From contig NW_024704742.1 in assembly GCF_018977255.1 (NCBI RefSeq), positions 13,332,001 through 13,396,000 on the forward strand: a DNA stretch of 64,000 bases, read 5' to 3'. Below, in pieces: positions 50,975 through 64,000 of the stretch (within the stretch, counting starts at the first letter, position 1; each line of letters opens with the position of its first letter). A program made the translations under genes and the position numbers. Under the pieces are notes generated by a model, which saw nothing but the letters and a program-made list of their open reading frames with translations, searched no databases and was not told the origin of the DNA. Source of the DNA: Callorhinchus milii. Taxonomy: Eukaryota.

Positions 50975-53900
50975 CTGTGAAAACAAGAATGGTCACTAGA
51001 CACAACAACACAGCAGCAGACACTGCAGGAGGGGAAGAATGTCTGTGTTTAGAAACACAACTGTTTGAAGGACACTGCTATGCACAATTGGCTGCCGTGT
51101 TTCACCCACAGAATATACAGTTAATTCACTTAAAGCATATTCTGTGAAGTGCTTTGATCCGTCTCGGCACTATATCAAATGCTAGGATTATTATTATATT
51201 ATTATATGCTCAAATACAACAAGACAACAACAAATGTTCAGGGTGAGGGGAGGGAAGGGAGGGAGGGAGGAGGGGGTAGAGAGTCAAGAGAGGAGCTGAA
51301 GGCACAGTCGAAGAGAAAGGTCTTGAGACTGGCCTTGAAGGAGGAAAGGGAGGAGGCGGCGAAGGCACTGGGGGATGGAGTTCCAGAGCCTAGGGGTTGA
51401 GAGGCTGAAGGCCCGGCCACCGATGGTAGGGCGGGGTTGTGGAGCAGACTGGAGCCAGAGGAACGGAGGGTACGGGCAGGTAAGTAGGGGGATAGTAGGT
51501 CGGAGAGAGCAAGGCTGTGAATGGCCTTGTAGGTGAGGATGAAGATCAAAATAGGCATATTGACAAGATCAGTTTAGATGAAGAAGGCCCTTCGGCTCAT
51601 TTGATTTCATCCTTCCAGCACTGACCCTACTGTTCCCACCATCACAACATTAAATCAGTCCAATGTCCTCGCCTCAATCCACCTCCTGCAACTTGTTCCA
51701 GTCGTTCATTTCCCAGCAACTCCCATAGGAAGTGTGCGCACAGGTCCGTAGTATTCCAGCAGCTTTGGCCGAATCTAGGAACATTTGCAACCAGCCAAAG
51801 AAAGTCTGGAGAGTTTGCTCTTTCCCAACAAGGAAAGAGAACAATAATCTTCAATACTCCTTGTTTTTGATACATCGTCTCATCACATCATCGACATTTC
51901 AAAGTACTTCATGGCATTTTACAATGCACTTCACAGTAACTGTATATTTGTGGGCCAACATGGCAGCCAATTTCCACATGGAAATGTCCCACAAACAGCA
52001 CAAAGTGAATGACTTAATTTTAATTGTGGGATTGTTGGTCAGGACACCAGGAGAAACTCCCTTCTCCTTTTGAACGTGCCTTGGGACCATTAACGATGCA
52101 CAAAGCTCTTTCCCTGCGTGTGATCTGCACCATCCATGTGAACAGTCAGACAGGGCCTTATTTTGTTTAACACCTCATCCAAAGGATGACAATACGGAAT
52201 TCGCTCCTCCAATTAAAAAAAGTAGGTAAATTGATAAGATTTTTTTACTCATAAAGACATACAATTGCCATCAAGATGGGTTACAAAAAGGACAAAATTA
52301 AGTTATAACAATGAAGGGAAAAGGCAAGAAAGGGAGCAGGAAACTTCTGATGAATTGGTTTCTCCTAGTGTCCTGGCCAACAATCCCTCAATTAAATTTA
52401 AAAAATGTTGTGGGGGGTATTTTCCCCACGTACCCAGTGCTTCTGGGATGTTGCCCCGTGTGAGGGGAGCTATATAAATGCAAGTTGTTATTGTTGTTTC
52501 ACTCATTGCAAACCTTCCATGTTCATGTTCTTTTAAAAACAAATTCAGATTCCATCTTTCACTGCTTCCAAACTGCTGGGGGTTCTAAACAATTCCTCAA
52601 GCCTTAGCAGCGAGCACTCGTTCGTTGGGATTGTTCACTTGGGAGGTTCTTGGCTTTTGCTCAGTGGTTAGAGCCACTGTTCTAGTGTGCAGCAGCCTAC
52701 ACAGGGAGAGGCAGAGAGACAGCTGCACACAGTGGCCGCTTGCTGTGTGTGGCGCTGTTGAAAAGTCACATTGTCATTACAACTTGAAACTGTACAAAAA
52801 CAAGCCTCTAAATGCACAACAAGAAAAACATCCCTTTAAAACGGCCATCCAGTGTGATTGTAAAATCGCACAACCAATATCACCAAGGGCTGAAACATAA
52901 AAGAGAAACGCGCTTAATTTGATTCATTCACCAACTAACTTATGAAATTAAATGAGGATGAGGGAGACAAGACTGAGGGAGTCAAAATTGTGGGGTGGGG
53001 GGGGAGAAACAATATTTCTCATTATTGATGATATCTCAGTATTGTGTTTTTTTAATTGCTACGCTTGGTGCTAGTTTAGACTGGAATACAGCCCCCACCC
53101 ACCTGCCAGGTGCCCTCACGTTAATTGCTCAAATTGATTTATTTCTTGTGTAAAGTGTTGACAGCCCATTTGACCACAAAGAGAAGAGAGGGAACAAGAG
53201 AAAAGTGAAGGATCCCAGCAGAGATCCGTCGAGTCCACATCAGATGTAACAACAACAACTTGCATTTATATAGCTGTGATGGTGGGACAGAGCCCTTGAC
53301 AGTGGCGGAGCACAACGCCGAGCCAGGGGGAGAGGGTAGGTGATGGTAGGTACGGTCCAATAGGAAGTCTTCAGGCATGGCCTGAAGATGGGGAAGGAAG
53401 GGGCAAGGCGGAGGGATAGAGGAAGAGAGTTCCTGAGTTTTGGGGCATAGTGGCTGAAAGCTCAGCCACCAATGGTGGAGCTGAAGGTACGAGGCACTTT
53501 CAAGTCGAGTGGAGGCAGTGGGTAGGGAAAATAAGAAGGTTGGAGAGGTAGAGAGGTGCCAGGGCATGAAGGGATTTGAAAACATTTGAAGTGTGAGGAT
53601 CTTGAGATTGATCGGTAGTTACAGATTAGAAGTGATGTTCACATGTGTGATCCAGAGCTGCTGATACCAACTGCAGTACCATCTGCATGCTTTACTGCTC
53701 TCCAATCCTGAGTGTTTGACTCATTCAGGGGCAGTTTCTTGCCCACTCATCACATGCAGACCTCAACAGTGAGCATCAGCAGGACCCGTGTTTATGCAGC
53801 CGGAGTTGTGGTGGGATGGAAAGGGGGTGGGTTCATATCACACCCGAAGGCAGTCCTCTCTTCACTTGGCTTCTGCCCTTTTTCAGCAGAGAATAACTAG

Positions 53901-55942
53901 ATGAGGAGCGGGAACTCCTCTATAGAGCTTTGGGGCGTAGTGACTGAAAGCATGAAGTAGCACAAAATTAACAGGCACAGAATACAATCATACCTTCTCT
54001 CCTGCTGCTGCACCCCCCTGATGACAGAAACGTCCAGGTTATGTGAAGAATTCAATAAGAATTACGAAATTTCAGCACTCAACTTCAATTGCTCCATTAA
54101 TGGTACAGAACACTTTTTTCACTTGTAAATAAACTCAGGGTGGTCTCAAATCAAAAGTGAACTTGTGTGGGAGGGAGGTGGGATAATGGAATTCAACCGA
54201 GCATTCCACCCCCACTTTGCAAAAGATTCACATTAACTGAATGAAATACATTTATGCACCTTGGAAGATGGTTAGATGCACATGCTCCCACAGTGTTTAA
54301 GTCACAGCACACAATCCGCAGAATCTCTACTTACATCAAAGTGCTATGGCATCATTGTGTCTGGCTGACAACAGATGATCTGGCAGATTCGCAAAGCTCT
54401 GAGCAGACTGGTGCCAGACTAGACTCCTCGCTCATTTCTGAACAATAAACTGCTCAAAGTTGGCAGCTGGGTGACGTGGATCGGGCAGCTAGACATAGGC
54501 AAAAGGGCTCACTAATGAGAGTATCTGAAGATCCACAGTCCTTCGTCAAACCAACAAGACTACATGTCGCTCACCAACAGGGTTGCTTGTTCAAACTGAG
54601 GGATCACATCAGTGATTAGGTTTCGGCCTTTGTACTCCAACCCACTCACTTTGGAGGCAAGGACTTGAGACCAGTAACCTCCGTTGCAAACAGTTTTTTT
54701 GTTTGTTTTTTATTAAAAAAAAACCTCAGCCAGGGGTTCCCACTCCCGATTGCTGTCTGAAGGCCCCAGCTGGAAAATCTCGCCTCACAAGCAAGAGACC
54801 TGGGTTGGATTCCCGGCATGGCGAAACCTGAGGCAAGTTTCCTTACTCCACACGCCTCTGTTTACCTAGCAGTGAGTAGGGGCCCGGTCATTAGTTGATT
54901 GGCGGATCGTTTTCCAGGGGTAATAATCCCTCAAAAAAATTTTTTTTTCACTCAATCCATGGATTGTTTGTGGGACACTGCTGTGCGCAATTGGCTGCCA
55001 TGTTTCACCATTAGGTTTGGCAGAAACAGCCATTAGGTTTGTCACCCACTATTAGCATTAAAGTTAAATTTTGAGAAAGGCCAGATGCAGAGTAAGATCT
55101 GACCCAGCAATGTATCCAAACTTAAAAGTAGGTTTGACAGAGAGATCCCCAAATGAGAAGGTTGTCACGTATTCCAGGGCACTGCTTGGGTCACTTACAT
55201 TCAAACTGCTGCCTCGCGACAACACTGAACTAAACCAAGTGCATCTCCAAGGAATGAAGATTCAACACTACAACCCAATGCCTTACAACACAAGGCTCTT
55301 CATAATTTCAGAGTACTCCAGAGGCTGCTCTCAAGTTACAGAAGCTGGCACCCGGCACTTGTTTCAGTCTGCGTCAAATAAGTGTCTTGTTGCATTAAAA
55401 TCCAGTTCTGCTCCGATTTCCACAATGGTGGCATTCGTAAGTCGACTTGCTTTGAAAGCATGGTCAAGCACGGCAACGGCAGACTGTGTATATATTACCT
55501 AGATTTACAGAATCTGCACAAAATACAGCCTAAGTGGATACAAGTTCATGCACAACAATTGCGCACAATGGAGTTGTTCCACACACACACTAACACACAC
55601 TACCACCGATTCCTTCCAGCTAGGAATAAATCACTTTCGCAGACGTGCAATATTTACCAGGTTAACTAACACAACATGCACTTAACATAGTGGGTCATTG
55701 CAAAGAAAAGCTATCAATCTTTAGACAAAACAAAAAAAAGTACTGACTGTTATCAGCAATTGATCCAGAGTTCCACTGTGTACAGCTATATTGGAGCCAA
55801 TTCAATATATATTGGATGCAATACAGTAATTGCTTTTCCCCCCGACATGCGTTCAACGGCAGAGGAAAACTCTCTTCTCCCCTACCCCCCCCCACCCCCA
55901 ACTCTAAAGTCATACAGCGATAATTGAGCGTCGGATACTTAC

Positions 55943-56099
55943 TCTGTAGATTTCTTCTAAAAGAAGTTGCGCACAGTTCTTCCCAAGGTCTTCTGCCAAG
56001 ACGGCCGACCCTTGACCCCGAGGATTCGAGGCCACCTCAGCGCTGAGGAAAGTTCCATTTGTCGTCTCAGCGACCAGAGTCAGACCGAATCCTGGTGAC
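55943..56099 (-). CDS. RCL1: RCL1 internal exon, 157 bp
   Basis: tctag|G TCA; SPGFGLTLVAETTNGTFLSAEVASNPRGQGSAVLAEDLGKNCAQLLLEEIYR; donor AGA|gtaagt. Confidence 0.96.
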
Positions 56100-57334
56100 C
56101 TAGATACAAGCACTGGGCGTTAAAGCAGAATGAACCGTCTCTGGACCGAGGCCCACAAACAAGTGTCACCATGAGCCTCACACTACAGTGTGCATACCAC
56201 AGTAATGCACCACAGATTGCATACACCCCCAGATCTCATATCCAACAGAGAGAAACACACAGCCCCCAGAGATTGCAAACATCAACTAATGCCAGTTGTT
56301 TTTGGTGTTTAGTACTTGGGAGCAAATCATTACCCGAAACGTAAACAGACACGAAATTCCAAGAAATAACCCAAATGTTTAGCTTCCAATATTGCTCTTC
56401 TTCCATCAAGCAGTTTGAATTTCTCTCCCTCTCTCACCCCCACTCCGCCCCCAAATCTTGTCTTGGGGTGTAGTCCCAACAATCACTAACTAGAACAGAA
56501 CTTCTCCAACCAAATGGCTACTATTTTCAAGAGTGCCTCAATAAGTGGACAAGGAGTGGGATACCACCTCTGTCATCTCTAAGCCTCAGATCAGCCTAAC
56601 TCAGCACAGAACTGGGCTACTGTAAACTTGAATGAATAACCACGACAAATTACATTGTATAGTGTCTTTCATATCAGGAGGACATTCCAAGGCGCTGGAC
56701 AGTCAGGGATTTCGCCCCAAGCAGGAGGGGGTTGAGATCAGGGAGGGTGGAGGGCAGTGAGGATAGGGTTAGGAGGTTGAGCAAAGCCACAGTCGAAGAG
56801 GAGGGTTTTGAGACGTGCCTTTAAGGAGGCAAGGGAGAGAGCGAGTCGAAGGGACTGTGGTATGGAAGAGTGGGGGCCTGAAGGCCCGACTGCCTGTGGT
56901 GGGGCCGGGAACAAGAAGCAGAGGAAGTGGCCAAGTCTATATGGATGTCACAATCTGACCTGAGACTCCAGGATGGAGTTTCAGAGAGCACGGGAGGATG
57001 GCTCAACAGGGTGGCGTACATGAAGCAGATGTTTGAACTGACCGAACAAAGCAACCGGGTCAGTTGGTTTCAGGAAACAGCAGCGGAAGAATGCAGCAAG
57101 GCTGGGGAGAGATTTGAATGAAGAACAAGAATCTTGAATTCGATCTGCTGGAGATTTCACTAGTGAGGCCAATCTGTACAACTCCTGTTGCTTCTGGATG
57201 AAGATCAACAACTACTTGCATTTATATAGCGTCCCTCACGCAGGATAGCACTCCAGATTCCCAAACCCAACCAAACTGTCCCACATTTTAGCCAAATATC
57301 TGGCCCAGTCTCTCTTTGCATCACAATGACTTAC

Positions 57335-57460
57335 TTTCCTGAATTGGTTCCCTTGAGATGATCGGTACAGATGTAAATATCCGGTATCAGCTGGTTCAGG
57401 ACTCCTCTGGCCGCATCGACTAACCTGTTGGCAATCTGTGGTGACACCCGGACAGAGTAC
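57335..57460 (-). CDS. RCL1: RCL1 internal exon, 126 bp
   Basis: ctgcag|G TAC; YSVRVSPQIANRLVDAARGVLNQLIPDIYICTDHLKGTNSGK; donor AA|gtaagt. Confidence 0.96.
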
Positions 57461-59669
57461 CTGCAGTTTTGGTCAAGGAAAGACCTGAAGTAGCAACGAC
57501 CACGTCCATGCTAAACTCTGCCGGAGTTTATGTCAGGACAGGAGCCAAGGGGGCAGCAGCATCATCCAGTGCGGAAACCGGAACATGTCTAGTCAGTTTA
57601 CATGGTGAGAGCAGCCATTGTACTGTGTGGTAATACAGTCACACACATTCTAAACTAAATTCTTGTGGGTGGATTCTTGTGGACACTGGCATCCAAATCA
57701 GAGACTAAATTAAGAGATGCCTTGAGCATTGAATATGAAATACTCAGATGTGCCAGATGCAGATCTCCTCCCCACGACCCTCTTGGCCCCCGCAGATCTC
57801 CTCCCCACGACCCTCTTGGCCCCCGCAGATCTCCTCCCCATGACCCTCTTGCCCCCCCGCAGATCTCCTCCCCACAACCCTCTTGCCCCCCTGCAGAGCC
57901 CAATGTAAGTATTTTCATTCATCAAATTAGTCCCCCGTACCCCAGTGCACAGCTTCACTCCCTGCCCCTCCCACACCACACTCCACTCACCACATGTCCC
58001 AAATCAATGGAGCAAAATTCCATTCTTGAATGAGAAGACAGACAACACAGATGCCCTTCTCCTCTGCCAATAGCACAGGTGCAAGAAACAACAAGGTGCC
58101 CCATTCCCATTTGTCTTATAGAGGAAACACCTGCTCTGGGCTTTTCGTTTCACTTGCTCATTTCCCGCCCCATTGAAAAAAGGAAAGAAACAGTATTGTA
58201 TATTAAAAGTGAATTTGAAACAAAGTCATGAAAACCTGGACACATTCACAAAGTGAGCAGATTGCCTGGACTCGCGACTCTTCCCCAGCACAGTCCAGGA
58301 CCAGTACATCTCGTCCACAAAATATACAATCAATTCACTTTACAGTGTATTTTGAGACGTCTCAAAGACGTGATAAGGCGCTATATCAAACACAACGATT
58401 ATCATCTAGCAGCTCAACAGCCTCAGTGAAATATTGAAAGCACCCAGCCAGCCACCAGGGTTCTTCCGAATTGTTTCAGAGGACATCCTCCAGCTTGTCC
58501 TACACCGCACAGCAGTAAATCAGACCTAATGCAATATCTATCAGCAACCAAAGAGTATATAATAACAATAATCCTTGCATTTGATGTACCACCTTATCAC
58601 ATCTTCCAATACATCTCAAACCATTTCAGAGGATATACTGTGTACTGTAAAGAGGGTTTACTGTGTATTTTTTTATTTTTTTTAAGGGATTATTACCCCT
58701 GGAAAGCAATCCACTAATCAACTAATAACCGGGTTCCTACTTAATGCTAGGTTAAACAGAGGCATCTGGAGTAAGGAAACTTGCCTAAGGTTTTGGCCCG
58801 CCAGGGAATTACACAAGCGTCCTCTCGTTTGCAAGGCGAGTGCTCTAACCTCTACACTATGGAAGTCCACCTTTGGGTGGTGCAGTAACAGAGGTTATTC
58901 TGTTGTGCATTTGACAGGGACGGAAGAACACAGAAAGATGGAAATATGTTAATAAATAAATTTCCCCTCCCTCCTCTATAAAACCACACCACAGAATAAA
59001 GCTTAAATGTTTATCTAGCAGTAAGTAGGAACCTGGTTGTTAGTCGAATGGCGTATTGCGCTCCAGGGGTAATAATTTCTTCCAAGTAAAGAATAATAAT
59101 TTGGTCACTTCAATCCACAACTGTTAGTGGGACACTGCTGGGTGCAATTGGCTGCTGCGTTTCGCCCACAAAATATAGTCAATTCATTTTACAGTATATT
59201 CTCTGAAGTACTTTGAGATGTCTTGAAAACTTGGTAAAGCGCTGTATCAAATGAAAGGATTATTATTATTATTGACTACTCTCCCCCCTCTCCCGGCAAA
59301 CAATATGGTTGCTAGACACCTTTCCAACCTTTGTTAATGTACTTGTGTTCCCCTGACAAGTGGCTGTGGTTTTCACAATCAGCAGATACCACAAAAGATC
59401 AGATCAGCACTAGCAAGGGGAGTGCACATGCACTGTGGAGAGTCACATCTACATTCCCACAGTTACACGCTGCAGTCAAGGAAATACGTAGCATAATGTT
59501 ACCGCAGGCCTCAAATAATCCAACTACACTCTTCATCAAACTATAAGGGATAATAGCAAAGGTGTTAGTAGAAAAACAAAGGGCAGATCACCTTGTGAAT
59601 CAGTAAGTCTCCAAGAATAAGTGGATGCTGTGTAACTGTGACTGCACCAACATTAACCAGGTAGGATAC
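57461..59669 (-). other. U12-type (minor spliceosome) GT-AG intron of RCL1
   Basis: 5' site GTATCCTA; branch site TTTCCTTGAC (57472-57481) with the branch A 13 nt from the exon; no polypyrimidine tract (caaaactgcag). Confidence 0.9.
57759..57891 (+). repeat. 33-bp tandem repeat, about 4 copies
   Basis: GCAGATCTCCTCCCCACGACCCTCTTGGCCCCC units. Confidence 0.92.
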
Positions 59670-59794
59670 GCCACTCCTCTAATCCGTTTAATTTTTCCAG
59701 GGTCTGTGAACTGGACTGGCCTCAAAACACTCTTCACTGGACAGGAAAAGACAACCTCGCCTCCTCCTCCGGGCGCCATGCCTCGCCGGGTGAC
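59670..59794 (-). CDS. RCL1: RCL1 (RNA 3'-terminal phosphate cyclase-like) internal exon, 125 bp (probably exon 5); earlier exons lie beyond the right edge
   Basis: ttgcag|GTC acceptor; translates VTRRGMAPGGGGEVVFSCPVKSVLRPVQFTDPGKIKRIRGVA; donor GC|gtatccta; phase matches the next exon. Confidence 0.96.
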
Positions 59795-62784
59795 CTGCAA
59801 AACAATCACACATCCATCCTTTATCAGGCATAAACCAGGACAAAATTTTGTCCTACCTTCAAACAACCAGTTTTATTTCCTTATCTCAGGACCATCTGAA
59901 TGTGACGGAAGAATAGTTGTATTCAAGGGAACAACTAAAGAGTGGAGCAAACAAACAATCTTGGTTGTCACTGCATCAACTCCGGCTGGAGGCTGACTTC
60001 CACTGCATATACAACATCATAATGGGGGCTGGATGAAGACATAGACATTTTTACATGGAGACGTTTACATAGACTTTTACATAGTTACATAGAAGACCTT
60101 TTTTAAGAGACTTTTACATAGATAATAATAATCCCTGCATTTGACATAGCACCTTATCACGTCTTCCAAGACATCTTAATGCGCTTCACAGAATATATTG
60201 TAAAGCGAATTAACTTTATATTTTGTGGACAAAATGCGGCAGCAAATTGCGCACAGCAGTGTCCCACAAACAATCGTGGATTGGAATGACCAAATTATTA
60301 TTTTTTTCTTGAGGTATTATTATCAGGTGTATGGAGTAAGGAAACTGGTCCAAGATTTTGCCCTGCCAGGAATCAAACCCAGTGTTTCGCTTTCGAGGCG
60401 AGTGCTCTAACCACTGAGTTACAGGACTCCAGAGGAATATGAAGTATTCCTCTGTAGAATTGTGCACTGCTCCATTGAATAAAGTCCAGTTGTATGTGAA
60501 TTGACTGTATATTTTGTGGACAAAACGTGGCAGCAAATTGCGCACAGCAGTGTCCCACAAACAATTGTGGATTGGAGTGACCAATTTATTATTATTAATT
60601 TTTAAAAAATCAACTATTACCCCTGGAAAAGCAATCTGCCAATCGACTAACAACCGGTGTTCCTACTTACTGATAAATAAACAGAGCAACCCAGACTGTT
60701 ACAGCACAGACATAGGTCATTTAGTCAAACTAGTCTGTGTTGGTGTTCATACTCCGCATGAGCCTCCACCTTCCTCTTCTATACTCTTCTTCAGCCCATT
60801 CAATTTCACCCTCCAGCTCACCCCTATCTGGTGCGCACCTCTACTGAGATCAGCTAACTCGACACAACAACAAATTACATTTTCACGTTGGGAGGACATC
60901 CAAAGGCCCTGATACAGACGAGGGTTAGCGACTTAACATGAATTTATGTGTCTCTCTCTTTCTCTTCTCTGAGTAAAAATGTGCCAATCTCCAGGCTGAA
61001 CCAATGCATCCACTTTGGTCTAAAAGCTGATAATTTGCTGATATTATTAATTGAGCAACTGCGGGGGGCACAGTGGGGAACGAGAGTCAGCATTCGTGGT
61101 CAGGCATTCAGCATCTCTGATCTCTGCCCCCACACTCTGGAACTCCATCCCACAATCCCTCCGCCTCACCCCCATGCTTTCCTCCTTCAAGTCCTATCTA
61201 AAGACCTTCCTCTTCGAGCATGCCTTCGGCCACCCCCCCACCATATTCAAACCAAGGAGGATGGGGCACAGAAACATTAAATCCTTCTTAGTCCTTAAAT
61301 TCGAGCCTACAACTGGACTTTATACAATCGAGCAGTGCACAATTCTACAGAGGAATATTCCTCTGGAGTCCTGTAGCTCAGTGGTTAGAGCACCACCCTC
61401 GAAAGCGAAAGACCTGGGTTCGATTCCTGGCAGAGCAAAATCTTGGGCCAGTTTCCTTACTCCATACACCTGATAAGAATTCATCAAGAAAAAAAAACAA
61501 TAATAATTTGGTCACTTCAATCCATGACTGTTTGTAGGACACTGCTGTGCACGATTGGCTGCTGCTTTTCACCCACAAAATATACAGTCAATTCACTTTA
61601 CAGTATATTCTGTGAAACGCTTTGAGATGTCTAGAAGACTGAAAAGTACGATATCAAATGCAAGGATTATTTTAATTATTATTACTCCATGTCCTTCTAG
61701 CTTAGTGACAGCACAGAAATCTTAATGCCAACAGCCAATTTGGACATCTCATCAGTAATCTGTAGCAACCCCCATAATTTGCAAGCTCAAGGAAGTATAA
61801 TGATCTTTCAAGAAAAGTGAACTTACTGTCAGAACACTCAAACAGTGAGACGTGGGCAAGACACTTGCAATTAGAAATCCAGAATGTGGTTGATGAGCCT
61901 GGAGTGTCAGTTAACAGAATCACAGCTTTAATTGGGAGATTTTTGTTTTAGCTTTTTTTAAAAAAGCCTCAATACCATGAACCAGCAAGTTGTTGAAGTC
62001 AAGTAATTACATTGCCACCTTTCATGCCAAGAAGTTGTCTGAAAGTGCTATATAGGATCTACTGTAAAGTCAAATGGTCTGGCTCAGTGGAGCACTCTCA
62101 CCTCCAAGTCAGAAGGTTGTGGGTTCAAGCCCAACATTGGATTTGTGATCACATAGTCTAAGCTGACACTCCTATGCAGAGCTGGGGTATGCTGCGTCAT
62201 CAGAGGTGCCGTCCTTCAGGTGTGACGTTAAACCAGGGACCTGTCTACCTGTTCATCTTCAAGGCTGAGACTGATAGATTTTTTAAAAAACAGAGGGATT
62301 AGGGGATATGGGGATAGGGCAGGTAATTAGAGTTAGGTCTGAAGATCAGCCATGATCTTATTGAACGGCGGGGAAGGCTCGAGGGGCCGAATGGCCTACT
62401 CCTGTTCCTAATTCTTATGTTCTTATGTTCAGGTGGACATTAAAGATCCCATGGCACTATTCGAAAAGCAAAGGGAGTTTCTCCTGGTGTCCTGGCTCAC
62501 CCAAATAAAGTTGGTCATTCACTCGATGGCTGTTTGTGGGACATTGCTGTGGGCAAACTGGTTGCCATAGTTCGCCCACAAAATATGGGTCAATCCACTT
62601 TACAGTATATCCTATGAAGCGGTTTTGAGATATCTCGATGACGTGATAAAAGCACTATATCAAATGTAAGGATTATTATTCAATTTTATAGATGAGAGGC
62701 ACCAATTTGTAGACAACAAAAGGCCCAAACATAGCAAAGTAGTCAACGACCAGTTCATATCTGGGGGATTATATCTCTAACAAA

Positions 62785-63960
62785 CCTGATCAGTTTTTGA
62801 TGAAGTAACGGAAAGGGTGGATGAAGGTAGTGCAGTTGATGATGTTTAATAAAGTGCCACATAAGAAACTTGTAAACAAAATAGAAGCCCACGGTATTAA
62901 AGGGACAGTGGCAGCATGGATACAGAACTGGCTGGGAAACAGAAAGCAGAGAGAGGTGGTGAACGGTTGTTTTTCTGACTGGAGGGAAGTGTGCAGTGGT
63001 GTCCCCCAGGGATCAGTGTTGGGACCACTGCTGTTTTTGATGGAGATACATGACCTGGACTTGGGTACAGGGAGTACAGTTTCCAAGTTTGCAGATGATA
63101 CTAAGCTAGGAAAAGTGATAATTAGTGAGGAGGATAGTAAGAGGACGTAGACAGACTGGTAAAATGGGCAGACACATGGCAGATGAAGTTTAATGTGGAG
63201 AAATGCAAAGTGATGCATTTTCGGAGGAAGAATGAGGAGAGGCAATATAAGCTGATGGGATAATCTTACAGGGGGTGAATGAAAAGAGAGACCTGGGGAT
63301 TCATATAAGTAAATCTTTGAAGGTATCAGGACAGGTAGATAAAGCTGTTAACAATCACACGGGTTACTAGGCTTTATAAATAGGGGCAGAGAATACAAAA
63401 GTCAGGAAGTTATGATGAACCTTTATAAAACACTGGTTAGGCCTCAGCTAGAGTACTGCGTTCAGTTCTGGGCCCCACACTTTAGGAAGGATGTCAAGGC
63501 ATTGGAGAGGATGCAAAGGAGATTTACCAGGATGCTACCAGGAATGAGGGACTTTAGTTATCAGGAGAGGCTAGAGAAGCTATGATTATTCTCCTTGGAG
63601 CAGAGAAGGTTAAGAGGAGACTTAATAGAAGTTTTCAAAATTATTACGGGATTCGATAGGGTGAACAAAGAGAAATTATTTCCACTGGCGGGTAGGTCGG
63701 TAACCAATTTAAAATAGTTGTTAAAAGAAACAGTGGGGAGGTGAGGAGAAATTTTTTCACACAGCGAGTTGTTCGGATCTCGAAAGCATTTCCTGAAAAG
63801 GTGGTGGAAGCCGATTCAATAACGACTTTTCAGAGAGAAGTAGATAATTATTTAGGGCTATGGGGGGAGCGTGGGATTGATTTGGATAGCTCTTTTTCAA
63901 AGAGCCAGCTCAGAATTAATGGGCTGAATGGCCTCCTTCTGTACTGTGTAATTCTATGAT
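62785..63960 (+). mobile_element. 5'-truncated CR1 LINE
   Basis: [53 protein letters not shown] tail. Confidence 0.92.
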
Positions 63961-64000
63961 TGTTGGCCAGGACGTGGGAAACACTCTCTTTTGAGCGTGA

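Noticed and set aside
55071..55669. + strand ORFs of 143 and 95 aa in an RCL1 intron
   Set aside because: No recognisable domain or splice structure; likely chance ORFs
59396..59532. Possible C/D box snoRNA (TGATGA...CTGA) on the minus strand of the RCL1 intron
   Set aside because: Imperfect C box, no terminal stem, no recognisable rRNA antisense element; would need snoscan or Infernal support
59795..64000. Further upstream RCL1 exon (expected VDxLKxTALPLLKxFG-like)
   Set aside because: Not recognised in this interval; it presumably lies outside the window

Overview
Repeat-rich vertebrate genomic DNA. The CR1 and L2 LINEs, DeuSINE-like elements and a (TTA)n-tailed tRNA-derived SINE point to a cartilaginous fish (inference). 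Two spliced genes lie in tandem on the minus strand, found by manual translation across splice sites. (1) The last five coding exons of RCL1 (59794..45594), with a U12-type (minor spliceosome) GT-AG intron at 57461-59669 and a mir-101-2/101b hairpin in the last intron. (2) Directly downstream, a multi-exon CCDC17-like gene (about 38100..6992) that the ORF track shows only in fragments. Its ten core exons splice in phase, but three carry in-frame stops and the less certain 5' exons are also disrupted, so it is probably a recently inactivated, unprocessed pseudogene and possibly an ohnolog of CCDC17. Also present: a solo LTR with a 4-bp TSD, many nested LINE/SINE insertions, several local direct and inverted duplications (one copying an exon acceptor), and a fold-back palindrome. 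All homology calls are from recall, not database searches.
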